From Octopus bimaculoides (taxonomy: Eukaryota), in NCBI RefSeq assembly GCF_001194135.2, contig NC_068988.1, forward strand, positions 89,290,113-89,354,112: 64,000 bases of DNA, given 5' to 3'. Position 1 is the stretch's first letter; the number at the start of each line of letters is the position of its first letter. The notes beneath the pieces were generated by a model. The model was not told where the DNA came from. It was given only the letters and a program-made list of their open reading frames with translations, and ran no database searches. Made by a program: the position numbers and the translations under genes. This document shows, piece by piece, positions 27,111-39,770 of this stretch.

Positions 27111-27623
27111 ACTTTATCATATTAACATCATAATGTGAACATTATATCAGAACCTCATGTCTCACGTAATATACAACAGCGTGTTAATTCCTGATGTATT
27201 TGCAGTTTCATACCAATAATGCACGTCCGACATGACATCAGGTGAACTAAAGGAATCGGAGAATAATCAGAAACTAAAACAAATCCAATAAACTTTGGAT
27301 ATTTAATGATGGGAAAATTTAAGCTCAGACGTTCAGTCATTCTATTAGTTAGCAATAGGGGTTCTGGTTATGCATCGCATATAATGTTTATTGTTTTCAA
27401 AACTCCCCAACTGGACATTTTAATAACAACATAAATATGTACACGATTCAACACCGACATTCAAATTCACTCTCGAGCAATTCCATATCTCTCAATCACT
27501 CTCTCATCTATGTCGCTCTCACACCTTCACCTCTTTTCTCCCCCTTCTCTCTCCCCCCTCTCTCTCTCTATCTATCTATCTCTACTCACACAAACACATA
27601 CGCTCATATATGTAGACATAGTA

Positions 27624-27663
<40 letters not shown>

Positions 27664-28194
27664 GCAGGCAGATGGCCAGACAGTTAGAAAGATAGATGGA
27701 TAATAATGAGAGGGAGAGAGATGTAGATATAGATTTAGATAAACAAACACGCACACGCACGCATAAATAAGAAAGTATATACCACATACTTTTTTTTTAT
27801 AAATACAATACTAGAAGAACTAACATAAATACACGATACCAAAATCAATATAACAGATATTATCCCAAGGAAAGTCATATTTTTGTCATTTTCATCCCTT
27901 CCAATTATAGTGATAGAACATTGAACAAGTATCTGTCTTGTTATCATGTACTCAAGATTTAATATTGTATGTATGGGTATATTTGTGTGTGTGTGTGTGC
28001 GTGTGTGTATGTGTGTGTGTGTATATGTGTGTGCGTTTATCTATAAATATACAGAGAAAGATCATGACATAAAGGGATAAGCATGATGTACAAAGATACA
28101 GAGAGAATACTGAAAAACTAATTTCGTTATTGTCAAATCAATCAAATACATATACTGTGTGTGTTTGTTTGGGTGCGTGTGTTTATATGTAGGT

Positions 28195-28306
28195 GCAGGA
28201 GTGGGCGTGTAGTAAGAAGTTTCCTTCCCAACTACATAGTTCCGGGTTCAGTCCCACTGCGTCGCTCCTTGGACAACTGTCTTCTTCTATAGTTTCAGGA
28301 CTACCA
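28195..28306 (+). mobile_element. SINE family A head (truncated)
   Basis: gcaggagtgggcgtgtagtaagaag..ccgggttcagtcccactgcgtcgctccttggacaactgtcttc, homologous to the heads at 50011, 53292 and 57309. Confidence 0.8.
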
Positions 28307-28310
28307 GCTT

Positions 28311-28850
28311 TCTCATTCCAATTAGCCTAATTTGTCGATATTGGTATTTAGGCAGTGTGTTACATATTCTCGCGTCGCAATAATTACAGGTATAGACCTG
28401 AACTTGTAATCTAAATAGAGTAACTGCAGATTTCTCCAATGCCTAGCGTAGGTCTTCTCTTTTCACTGATCCTCAGCTGTATGTCAACATCTGCTGGGCA
28501 GCTAATTTCTACAACTGTACACAGTTTCTCTTCTCTAACCCAAATTATTATATCAGGTGTGTTGTGCTTACATTTTATTGAGGTCTTCACTGGGACATTC
28601 CACCAGAACATTTTTATTTTATTTTATTATGAGTGGCTATAGCTTCTACCATATTGTAGGTTATTATTTCCTTGTTCTCAGGGATATCCTTCCGACGGAT
28701 TTCAGGATAGAATGTCCTAGCTTCAACATCATGTCTCATCGGTAGATAATACCGTGATGACATTTTCGGACATCCGCTTATGATGTGGATGATATCTTCG
28801 GTGTTATCTCCATAAACTTTGAGTCGGTTGTCACATTTTACTGCTTTACC
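28311..28850 (-). mobile_element. 5'-truncated REL-endonuclease LINE fragment (zinc knuckle plus PD-(D/E)xK)
   Basis: EDIIHIISGCPKMSSRYYLPMRHD, then WWNVPVKTSIKCKHNTPDIIIWVREEKLCTVVEISCPADV. Confidence 0.9.
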
Positions 28851-29110
28851 TGGGCCGACTTGACATCCACATTTTATCCAAGCACCCGAAGAAGCCACCA
28901 CTCAGACAAATGCAGGAGTACGTCCTGATAAATGAAACATCCCGCGTACTAAATAAGAGACACACGTCGGAGGTAGTGATAACCCTATACTCACAGTATA
29001 TACGTACACATATAGATTTCTTAGTAGACCGTTATGTAGGCGAATATAGATGTATAAGTAGGTAAATGGATATGTAGGTAAACAAATAGCATACACATAT
29101 ATATACATGC

Positions 29111-29338
29111 GGCGAGCTGGCAGAAACGTTAGCACGCCGGGCGAAATGCTTAACGGTATTTCGTCTGCTGCTACGTTCTGAGTTCAAATTCCGCCGAGGT
29201 CGACTTTGCCTTTCATCCTTTCGGGGTCGATTAAATAAGTACCAGTTACGCACTGTGGTCGATATAATCGACTTAATCCGTTTGTCTGTCCTTGTTTGTC
29301 CCCTCTGTGTGTAGCCCCTTGTGGGTAGTAAAGAAATA
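29111..29338 (+). mobile_element. SINE family B, full length with TSD
   Basis: ggcgagctggcagaaacgttagc..gagttcaaattccgccgagg..gcctttcatcctttcggggtcgattaaataagtaccag..gtagtaaagaaata. TSD acacatatatatacatgc (29093-29110) recurs with one extra TA at 29339-29358. Confidence 0.92.
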
Positions 29339-29838
29339 ACACATATATATATACATGCGCAAAAGGAGACGAAAACACATGACCATATACACATACGCAC
29401 ACAGGCACACACACACAAAGACGCATATGGAGACACACATCCCTATATAACAGACGCACGTACATAGTCACACAAACTCATACAGATACACACATTCAAA
29501 CACGCACACACACGGAGGCAGAGGCACACACATAAATACACACGCATACAAATATACAAACATGCACAAGCAAACACAGGAATATGCAAAATACATACAT
29601 ACAAACGTACACACGCACATACATATGTATAGGCAGACACACATACGTAATACATACATACATATATACAAGCATACATATATACATATATGTATACAGA
29701 TGTACGCTGACGCACATATATGCGCACAAACAAACAAAAAGAACGCAGCTCCGATAATGGACAGAGTCAATATCTATAGAAGAGGTTGCAAGAAACAACG
29801 AAAATTTTAGAAAAACAAATAAGTAAGTCACTCATTGA

Positions 29839-29872
<34 letters not shown>

Positions 29873-30942
29873 CTTTGAATAGATATAGATAGATAGATAG
29901 ATAGATATAGATAGATAGATATAGATATAGATAGATATAGATATATATAGATAGATAGATATATATATAGAGAGAGAACGAGAGCGAGATATACAAATAG
30001 ACAGCAGCAGAGAATTACATAGATAAACAGAAACGTTTACATATGTGCGACTTTCTCTGACATAGCTTGACATTTGGTTTGCATATTTTTTTCTGTAACG
30101 TAGCGGCACTTTGCATGTGCGACAATCGTTTCTAGTAACAGATACTAGTTATATTAGCGCGGGTTGTTGTCGCGTGTAACTCCAAATATAATGAACAGTA
30201 ATTTCGCTACCCTCGTCGTTGTTTAGTGGAATATCAGTCCGTTACCGACAGCGGGCTATACGCGAGTGTGATGTTTGCAATGTTTGGAAGAATATGGATG
30301 GATTGTATTCTATACGGACGCTGGGATTAAATACTATGACATTGCGTATAGAACAGGTAGGCCTATGGTTGTATATCTAGATGGTCAGTTACTAAGTAGC
30401 TTGATGTTTATCAACCGGACGTACATCTGATGATAACATTAAGATAGTTCATTCTTTCTAGTAATGTATATATGAGGTTGGTAAAAAGAATGTGTAGTCT
30501 TTCGCCGAGTCAGATTTAGCAATTTCAAGTTACAGGTGAGAAAGGATAGACCCTTTCACGATATTCCATTTAGTACTAGTGAACTCATTCCAGTGGTTGC
30601 AAAGCCCGCCAAAGAAGAAAATACCTTGTGTCGTTTTTACAGCATTACTATCACGGGAACTAAACTGACTAAGAAAATTATTTTTTCAAGAAGAATATTG
30701 AGGTTGTCCCAAATCTTTTTCACTTCCTGATATCTGTAGACATGGACGTGTCTTAATCTTCCAGGAAACACTGTATATATGTCTTCGGACGTGGGAAAAA
30801 ATGTAAAATTGGTTGTGTTTGGTTTATATGCCACGAGTCTGGCCAAATATGTATGTGAAACACAGGGCCCAAAAGCCACTTCAGGAGGAAATTAAACAAC
30901 TCATCAACAACTTATTCTCATTTCGTTATTGTTCCAGACAAG

Positions 30943-31201
30943 CTTATCTATGATATATGCGGCAAAGTCTACGAGTGCCGCCCCGGATTCCCATGACATT
31001 TGAAACTCCAAAATGATCTTTCACCTAAGAGGCCTAACTGCTTGGCCAAAAATACGGATATAGTTTACAGACTTTGCGGAAAACCTGTAAGTCTCTAACG
31101 AGTTTCCTGAGTCACTATCGATCTCAAGTTCGTAGGAACAATGAGTTTAAGTCTACTTTCCAGCGATAGTTATGGTCATCGAACGAGTAGACAGCCATCA
31201 T
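30943..31201 (+). mobile_element. RTE-like LINE 3' end: two decayed C2H2 fingers plus 3' tail (weak RT-like traces upstream to ~30330)
   Basis: YDICGKVYECRPGFP*HLKLQ and YRLCGKP/CKSLTSFLSHYRS. The tail gagtagacagccatcat matches the tail of 41601-41841. Confidence 0.5.
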
Positions 31202-31307
31202 GTGTGAATACTCGGGCATAAAATTCAGTCGTATACAAATTACTGCTATTACATTAAATGAAGGCAGGACTAATACAGATTGCATATATATACATACACA
31301 CACACCG

Positions 31308-31344
<37 letters not shown>

Positions 31345-32139
31345 ATATATATTAGCCAAATCATACACACATATACGCTCATATATATACAATGATGAAT
31401 CCTCAAATCGAAAGCTATTAAGCTGATAGGAGGATAAAGAGATAATGGAGGACTTATTTATACAATGTGTCAAGATAAAAGAATTATTGAATTAAATTTA
31501 GTTGATCAGGAAAAAAATGTTAATGCGATTTAAAAATATCTGAAAATATTAAATCTTAAGGTAGTGATATGTTAGAATATGTGGAACAAGAGCGCACGTT
31601 GTGTGTGTGATTTAACGACCCTAATTCTTTAAGACGCTAACTCGCTAAAAGTGATATATAAGTACATTTAACAATTTAATATATGTATATAAATGTAAGG
31701 ATGTTTAAAACATTGTTATGAATACATACTGTTATGGCGTGGGTATACACGTCTACTGTAGAATGGTATTACATAAATGAATAGTTTTTCCTGGTTATCT
31801 AAAATTAACCTATCACAGAAATATATGTTAACCGAGAATGCACTCCGTATTACTCGAACGTAGGTACGATATTCGGTGTTCACTGTTCAACTACCGACTG
31901 TCAAACGAACATACACCGAACTAATACGGAAAACTAACACGTTCGAACATTGCCAACTAGTATTTCTTTTATTTAGAACAAAAGACAAGGCGCACAGTGG
32001 ACAGCACAAGGACAGACAGAACACCACAGTGGGGACAATAAAACATAGAACGAATGAATGAAGGATGAATCATATTAAGGGTGATGAAATGACTGCATTG
32101 AACCCCACTTAACGAACCCAACATACCCATCTTCCGCTT

Positions 32140-32990
32140 TCCCCGTGTCCTTCTCAACTTCTAGAAGCGTCACTTCGGCACTCTGCCGCTGTTGCTCCTT
32201 TTCATCTTTGTCTTCCTGGGGACACCTTGCTCTCATGTGTCTCCTCTCTTCATAGTGATAACAGGTTGGTGGTCTTCCCTCCACCACCTATCTCAATCTC
32301 ACATTGTCCGGCAATATCACTTCCGCTATTTCGTGTAAGTCCTTTAGACTGACTTGTATGGCCATTTCAAGGCCGTATCCCAACAGTTTACCTTTTTCGA
32401 TCTCGTTACTTTTAAAATGTTCGCGTCTTCCATGTTCCTCCATATTATGCATAATGGCTGCCGCCAGCCACACCTCTTTAATCTCCACGGGGTACTCTAC
32501 TTACCCTTACTCTTGCTACACGTTTTCCACACTAAGTTGGCACAAGTACCTACTCTTGTAGCGCCATAGTGGAGTGATCTATCGCTTCCTGTGCCGTATT
32601 TTCTCTCTCTCGTGTAGAATGTTGTGAGGCTTTTCATTCCCTTCAAATAATCCCCTATATCTCCCACTGTGGCAATTTCTATTTTTTTTTGCTGACGTGG
32701 AGAGCGTTCTGTAGACCACTGCTCGCTTTGTTACGCTGACCGTTAATTCTTCCAGCGACGTCAACCTTAAACTGGTTTCTTCTCTCTCAGTTCACTTGTT
32801 GTATTCTTGTAGTTTCTTTGGCTCAATTTTCACTTCTTAAAACTCTAATGCGTCAGTAGTTAAACATCTTCCAGTGGCTGAAGCATAACTGCTGGCTGAA
32901 ACTGGTTCGCACTCCATATTTCCTTTTTTTTCCACTTTACCCATAAATGGGGAAACGAGCAAATAAAAATCACACGCCCGTAGGTAAAAA
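32140..32990 (-). mobile_element. LINE ORF1 (gag-like, L1/Tx1-type) 5' fragment
   Basis: ..EIAEVILPDNVRLR*VVEGRPPTCYHYEERRHMRARCP (decayed CCHC knuckle), preceded by RRM-like SLEELTVSVTKRAVVYRTLST; no ORF2 follows. Confidence 0.6.
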
Positions 32991-33384
32991 AAAAAACAAA
33001 AAAACAGCAGCAGTGATTCAGCAATTCATCAAATATTAAGTTTAGCCTTACGGGAGACCTTCAACAGATAATTAACGATGCGACTTACGTCTAACAGAGA
33101 TCAAAAAGTATTTAACCGAAAAGGAAAACAGCATCAACTATGTTTCTGACTCAGTTCTTATCTATTGTAATCGGCAAGTCCGCCTTCAGTTACGTGATGG
33201 TATTCAGTATTCTCCCATAATATACCGAAGCTAGTGGGGGAATTTCAACCATGTTCCGTGGTCTGCTACCACAACAGCTCCTTTATAGGATCCAGTTAGC
33301 TCAAGACATCATCAGGACGAACCACGTCCGGTTTCGGCCTCTACTCCTCTACCGTTTTAAAGCCAAATATTTTAGGATGAGCTA

Positions 33385-33881
33385 GCTCATAAGAGAATAT
33401 CCCAATGGATTGCTAATCCATTCGGATGTTCTTGCATAATTCCCCGTTTCTTCAAAACAGACATCCGCCGGTTTCTTGGTAATATGTAATTTCAATATTT
33501 GTCATCTTCGGCTGGTGCCAGTTCATTAATTTTAAATCTCTCGCATTCCCTATTAGCGATTCTAGCGTATGTAATAAAATCTTCGTCCTATTTTTTTTTT
33601 TTTTTTTGCAATATTCATGCATTGCCATCGCGTATTAAATAAAAAGCTGGCAGGGCATGAATAGTACACAAAAAGTGGACGATGATTTTATTAGATACGC
33701 TAGACACGTTAATAGGGAATGCGTGAAATTTAAAATGAATGAACTGGCACCAACAGGCCGTGAGAAATATTGCAATTACGTATTAACAAAAAACCGGATG
33801 AAGTCTGTTTTGAAGAAACGGTGAATCTTCTGGTAACACCGGAATGGATTAGCAATGCATTGGGATCTTCTCACATGAGTT
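33385..33881. mobile_element. Foldback element made of Ty3/gypsy gag fragments (~240-bp arms, 20-nt loop)
   Basis: 33385-33627 pairs with 33648-33881, roughly 75-80% by eye. The arms translate to (LFNTR)WQCMN..EDFITYARIANRECERFKINE and LAPAEDDKY.NYILPRN..VCFEET. Confidence 0.75.
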
Positions 33882-34034
33882 GCAGCAGTTATACTTTTAA
33901 ACACTTGTACCCATTTCATCGGTCTCTTATGCCGAAGCTGTAGGTTATGGGGAAATAAACAAACGAGAATTGATTGTCACCAATTGTAAAACACAAGCAC
34001 AAAGCTGCACTCGCAGAGAAACACACACAAACAC

Positions 34035-34114
<80 letters not shown>

Positions 34115-34124
34115 GTCTGTATGT

Positions 34125-34155
<31 letters not shown>

Positions 34156-34189
34156 TAAGTATATATTCATGTAGAATTGCTTGTAAGTG

Positions 34190-34423
34190 CATTGTATAAG
34201 ACTTAACCAGGTCAATGCGTTGTATCCTTCAGCAATGCACTCTATTTTACGATGCAGCTGTTTCCTCAGCGGAAATCTGTGTTTTCCTATGTATTCCTTG
34301 TTGCATTTGTGCATGTGTGTTTGTTGTAAATGCACAAGCTGTTACAAATATAAATATACAGTCTATAATTCAAAATATAATAACGATAGTGGGTATGGTC
34401 AATTAAAAAAAAATTAATACCAT
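34190..34423 (-). mobile_element. Penelope-like GIY-YIG endonuclease fragment
   Basis: [18 protein letters not shown]....LRKQLHR with a frameshift. Confidence 0.55.
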
Positions 34424-34965
34424 TTAGCAATATGCCACCGCATACATCTTCCTTTCTAAATGACAGGCTTACGGTGACACATTAAGTTAAGATAGAAGAG
34501 ACAGTAGGATGTGCATATCATTACATAGGTGCCTTTAATAATTAACAACAGTTTCATACACCCGCACATCATACTCACTCGGCAGTGATGGCTGCAGTTA
34601 GTCATATCTTATGAGTAATAAAATATTAAATATAAATTTTAGAAATTGCCATCAACTATGAAACTCTTTTATAAATATACAGACAGCTACAATTATGGGG
34701 AGATTTCCTTATATATTACAGTATTTTAATGAGAAATATAAGTTATAGAAACATACCTATCTAGTATAATTAATGTAGTAGAAAGACGAAAAACAGAAAA
34801 TTATAAATGCGTTTGAATATATTTATTTCTCTGATATACTCAAGTGGTACTAATTTTGTTTTTGATGATCAACCATAGCAACTACCATTATTATATTCTG
34901 AATTATAGAATGAATATTTATATTTGTAACTGTTTGAGCATTTACGACAAACCCACAGATACAAA
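34306..34965. repeat. Inverted repeat, ~120-bp arms, ~420-bp spacer
   Basis: 34306-34423 versus reverse complement of 34845-34965; the two ORF translations [21 protein letters not shown] and FVVNAQTVTNINIHSIIQNII show the match. Confidence 0.9.
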
Positions 34966-34997
34966 GACACAAAGACATACAGAGAATAATATACATA

Positions 34998-35040
<43 letters not shown>

Positions 35041-35900
35041 TTGTCTATTAAATTATTTTAGATTTCAGTCTGCTGAGAGCAACTGCCAGCGAATCTTTAA
35101 CATCATTACAAGTATTGTATTGCATTTAGAATAAGTTCTGAATTCATTTCATCTTTATTAAAGTTCTTCAATTTTATGTACGAAACCTCCCATTTATACA
35201 TGCATGCATATATACCTATGTAATATATATGTATATATAATTATACTTATGTACATAAATAAATACATATACTCACGTATATACTTATAATATATGCATT
35301 TATAAATATACATTCTTGCAATCATTCTTGAACGTATTATGCGTGTGTATTTACATTTGTTCTTCAATCGAGTATTTTGCTTAATCGCTCTTTAGGATTT
35401 GCATATTTCAGTTATTTACATTGAAAGCAACTGTAAAATAAAAAGAGGCCAAATCACTTGTATTTATTTTAATGAGTCAATACTATTGCATGGTTCTCCC
35501 CAAAGATTTCCAATAGATTTTTCAAACGTTTTTATTCACAACGCTATTGCAAATGTTTTAAAATATGTTCACCTCTATTAAATCAATTATTTGATTTCAT
35601 GCTATTTTATTCCTCTACAGCAGTTACGAATACTGATGAATTATCCAAATTGCAACTCTTAAACGACAAAGCTTATATGTTTTTCTTTGTTATTCAAGGT
35701 ATCCCCATTGTCAAGTACTTTATTTAGCCAAATTTAAAATAATGATGAAGTGCTCCCACCTGATTTCTTGCTAAAAAGAGATGATAAACAACACAAACAA
35801 ACATATGTACACAGAATTTTGTATAAAAGGCAGACACACACACACGTGCGCAGGCGCACACACACTCACATTTATGCATGTATAGATATGTATATGTATT

Positions 35901-35933
<33 letters not shown>

Positions 35934-35989
35934 ATCTCNNNNNNNNNNNNNNNNNNNNNNNNNNNNNNNNNNNNNNNNNNNNNNNNNTA

Positions 35990-36700
35990 CATATATCCGA
36001 TTGAATCTAAAATTTTTCGGATTTTTTCTGATGATTTTTGGGAACTTGCATTTCCACGTTTCATCATTGGTTTCCTACAGATACTTGGCTAACCGTTGCT
36101 GAATTTGTTTAGAAAATCTGTTTACATAATATTTAAATCTTAATTGCTATTTATTTATTTTACAGATTTGATAATGAGTGGCGAAACAATTACAATTAGA
36201 ACAATTTTACGCTAACTGTGGGGGAAGTCTGAGGGCAAGGGCAGCGAGAAAAGATAATAATGATCAAGAAAGGCACAGGAACCGCCAACGAAAGAGTGGC
36301 ACAAATCCGGTTCAGACTTTTCAAAGAAAGTGACTCCAGTCACGAAGAAGAATCAAAGTCAAAGATACCTTTTGCTGCGAAAATGGTTGAATAACAGCCA
36401 ATCTCAAACACTCATACATTGTTGGCAGAAATTCATACTTCCCAAAGCACCATCAAATAACATTTCCATACGCTCGCTCTTGTGAATGGGCACCGTTGGG
36501 AAGATCTTCATGAACTGACCAATGACCAGGGTCAACGATGTGTGAATATTTGCAAACAGCCGCTAGCAAACCCTGTAAATGCTAGTTTTTCGCGTCGAAT
36601 TGTAACCGGGGACAAAATATGCATCTATTTTGATAATTCTAACATAAGAAATAGGCGGCTTTGTTCCGGCCATGTTTCAGAACCTGTTGACATCCAGTAA
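35990..36700 (+). mobile_element. Mariner transposase pseudogene, 5' half
   Basis: HTH-like GTANERVAQIRFRLFKESD, then LHELTNDQGQRCVNIC..FSRRIVTGDKICIYFDN (WVPHEL and VTGDEKW motifs). Confidence 0.8.
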
Positions 36701-36719
36701 GGACTTGGGTATTATCAGT

Positions 36720-37010
36720 TTCACCATCGTCAAACTTACACTTTCTATATCCACTCTCTCTTACATGTACAAAGACACCTATACTACACAGATATTCTTT
36801 ATAACATTACCTTATAAATATTCAGTTCAGCTCCTGTTCTCTCCTAACCACTCTTTCATCACTTTCCACCTGTCTCATCTCCAGCATACAATACATACGG
36901 CGAACATTTTTTTCTGTTCAGTGCCTCCACCACTTTCGCTAATCCCGTTGTCGTTGTTCCTAACTTCCATGTCACAAAACGTATTAATCTATCACCAAAA
37001 GAGACATCAA
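36720..37010 (-). mobile_element. RTE-like apurinic endonuclease N-terminal relic
   Basis: IRFVTWKLGTTTTGLAKVVEAL resembles the GTWNVGT..EVVE motif; heavily frameshifted. Confidence 0.4.
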
Positions 37011-38439
37011 ATTCTCGGTCTAGAAATTTCCACATTATTCTCTATATATAGCATTGCGACACAATTAAATTCCATATGGATATGAATTCTCAATGCCAAG
37101 TAATATCAGAAATCGAAATATATCTTTTAAATGAAAGAAAATTTGATGTACATATCTATAAACGGACAAAGAATATATATGAAAAATGGAACACAATAAA
37201 TTTAACACGTAACAGATGAGATAAATAACCAGATAAAATGAAGATATATCCTGATGACATACAGCGGAGTGATCAACAAAATATGAACAAGAAAAAATCA
37301 TTCAATATGAAAGGAGATATTTGCGGATGTGTATGTTTATATGTGTGCGTGAGTGTGTATGTATGTATGTATGCATTTGTGTATGATGTATGCATGCATT
37401 TATGTATGTTGTATGTAGGTATGTATGTATGTATATATGTATGTATGTATGCATGTATGTATATGTATACAAGAATTATAAGTTGAACATTCTAAAGATG
37501 CAAATCACGAACATGATTATCTGGATGTTGAAATAATTAAAGAATTGAAGTGAATAGTGCATCCCATGGCTTAACATTCTACAAAAATAAAACAAGAAGA
37601 AACCATCGATATTTGAAAAAGTAAAAGATAATCTTGGCCGATTTACGCATCCTAGAACCATTCGCTAAAATGAAAAATACCATATTAATGATATATATAG
37701 TAGCAAAAGTAGTTACACAGGAAGCATTAACGAACTTTATAAACTACTCATAAATGATTGTCAATGAAAGTAAATGCCGCCGAAAACCAACTAAAAATTA
37801 TAAGATCTATCTCACCTGAATGAAATCGATGACAAAGATGGAACATGAAAAATAACGAGAAACATATATTACTGATACCAAAAAAATATTTGAAAGAAAT
37901 CCGGAAGCAAGAAATCATCATGAAACTGCAAATATTCTTTTCTATCTTTCTCTTTTGCTTTTGCTTTTGTTTTGGTTTTTCCAAATCCGACGTATTTAAA
38001 TCAGAAATATTTATATTCAAACCTAAAGTGATTTTATCTACAAACAATGACAAAAAAAAAAGAGAAATATCAAAAAGTTTAATGCAGCACCAGCAGAAAT
38101 AGGAGTAGAATTCTAAGGAACAATATTAACGGTAAACGACTTGCCATAACATGATTGTTTAAAACAAGAACTGCTCCTTCTGAACAATCACGCGAAGTCC
38201 CATTTGCAGTATAAAAACAAACTTCGAAAGCAGGGTTATATGATAACATGAATTCAGCGACTAAGATATGGAACAAACATCACTAGTTCACCTTCTGAAC
38301 ATGTTAACCATCGCTTCCGTATTGATTGCTTTCTGCAACGAATTCAGCCACCGGATGAGATCCATACCATCGGGTTTTTATAGTTCTTTTTTTTAAAAAT
38401 TAAATTTGTTATAACGTAACTCTGTAATTTTAGCTCAAG

Positions 38440-38572
38440 ATTAGCAGTTTTTGTGGTAGGGCCCAGTTGATTACATTGACTGCATTGCTGAAATGGTACT
38501 TTATCGACACGAAAAAGAGAAAAGCAAGCTGATCTCGGATAGAATGCCACAAAGCATTTTGTCCGATGTGAT
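38440..38572 (-). mobile_element. SINE family B, degenerate (a second weak core lies at ~38650-38780)
   Basis: ttgattacattgac..aaatggtactttatcgacac..aagcattttgtccg. Confidence 0.5.
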
Positions 38573-39554
38573 TTCTGTATAAAATTATGCTGAAGCATTT
38601 ATTTGATGCTTTGTGTTAACGTGATTCTCAATTCTTCCACAACGATAAGCTGACGTCTGGGGTACGACGCACGGATGTGCATCAGCTTCCATTTGGTTAT
38701 TTCAACTCCTGTATCAGACTACTCACTAGTTTATCTGCACCGGGAGGATGAAACGCAAACTTGACAATTTCATGATTTCAAAGTAAACTATAAATGACCG
38801 TAAGTAAATTATGAAATTCAGTTGGTCAGGGGAACTCACAACTAATCTTCCGAACCAGCTTCTATCTAATGAATTAAACCCAAACGCAAGTGTGACACTA
38901 GGTCTTTCAGTCTGGTGAATTAATTAGTAATTCGCTGGTTGCATTTCAACAACAAATTTCAGCATGTGCATATTTCATGAAGCTTTATTTTGTAAATCAA
39001 ACAGAATAAAATCACAGCGGGGGCTATCGACTCGTTTCTCGCAACTGCACATGATACATTTTTAATATTTTACGTTTATTATGGTCTTTGGTATAGAACT
39101 AAGTAAATGACGGTGTGAGGTCTTCATGGATTTTTGTGTCGATTTCGTCAACTCCAGTAATTATTTCTGTCTGGTGCGATTCTATTGAACTTCGTTAATG
39201 GAACGGTTGAATTATATATACATATATGTGCATATATATATATANNNNNNNNNNNNNNNNNNNNNNNNNNNNNNNNNNNNNNNNNNNNNNNNNNNNNNNN
39301 NNNNNNNNNNNNNNNNNNNNNNNNNNNNNNNNNNNNNNNNNNNNNNNNNNNNNNNNNNNNNNNNNNNNNNNNNNNNNNNNNNNNNNNNNNNNNNNNNNNN
39401 NNNNNNNNNNNNNNNNNNNNNNNNNNNNNNNNNNNNNNNNNNNNNNNNNNNNNNNNNNNNNNNNNNNNNNNNNNNNNNNNNNNNNNNNNNNNNNNNNNNN
39501 NNNNNNNNNNNNNNNNNNNNNNNNNNNNNNNNNNNNNNNNNNNNNNNNNNNNNN

Positions 39555-39597
<43 letters not shown>

Positions 39598-39770
39598 TAA
39601 CATAACAGTTTGATTCAACTCCAAGCTTCAGAAGTTAGACCTGTAGAAAACTACATATATAGGCATGTGTACATACATTTATATACGTATATATATCTAT
39701 GTAAGTATGTATAAACATACATAATTACATATACATTATGCATACATATATATAGCATGTATGTATGTCA

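Noticed and set aside
30295-30362. Possible first exon MDGLYSIRTLGLNTMTLRIEQ with a GT donor
   Set aside because: No recognisable homology, and it lies in a region better explained as a decayed RTE element.
33290-33345. Type-II hammerhead-like order on the minus strand (gaggcc-GAAA-CCGG-AC..CTGATGA-tgtctt)
   Set aside because: U16.1 is missing, stem I does not form, and the stretch also reads as a gypsy integrase-like sequence.
34250-34265. GAAACAGCTGCA hammerhead-like half (minus strand)
   Set aside because: No CUGAUGA upstream; explained by GIY-YIG codons (RKQLH).
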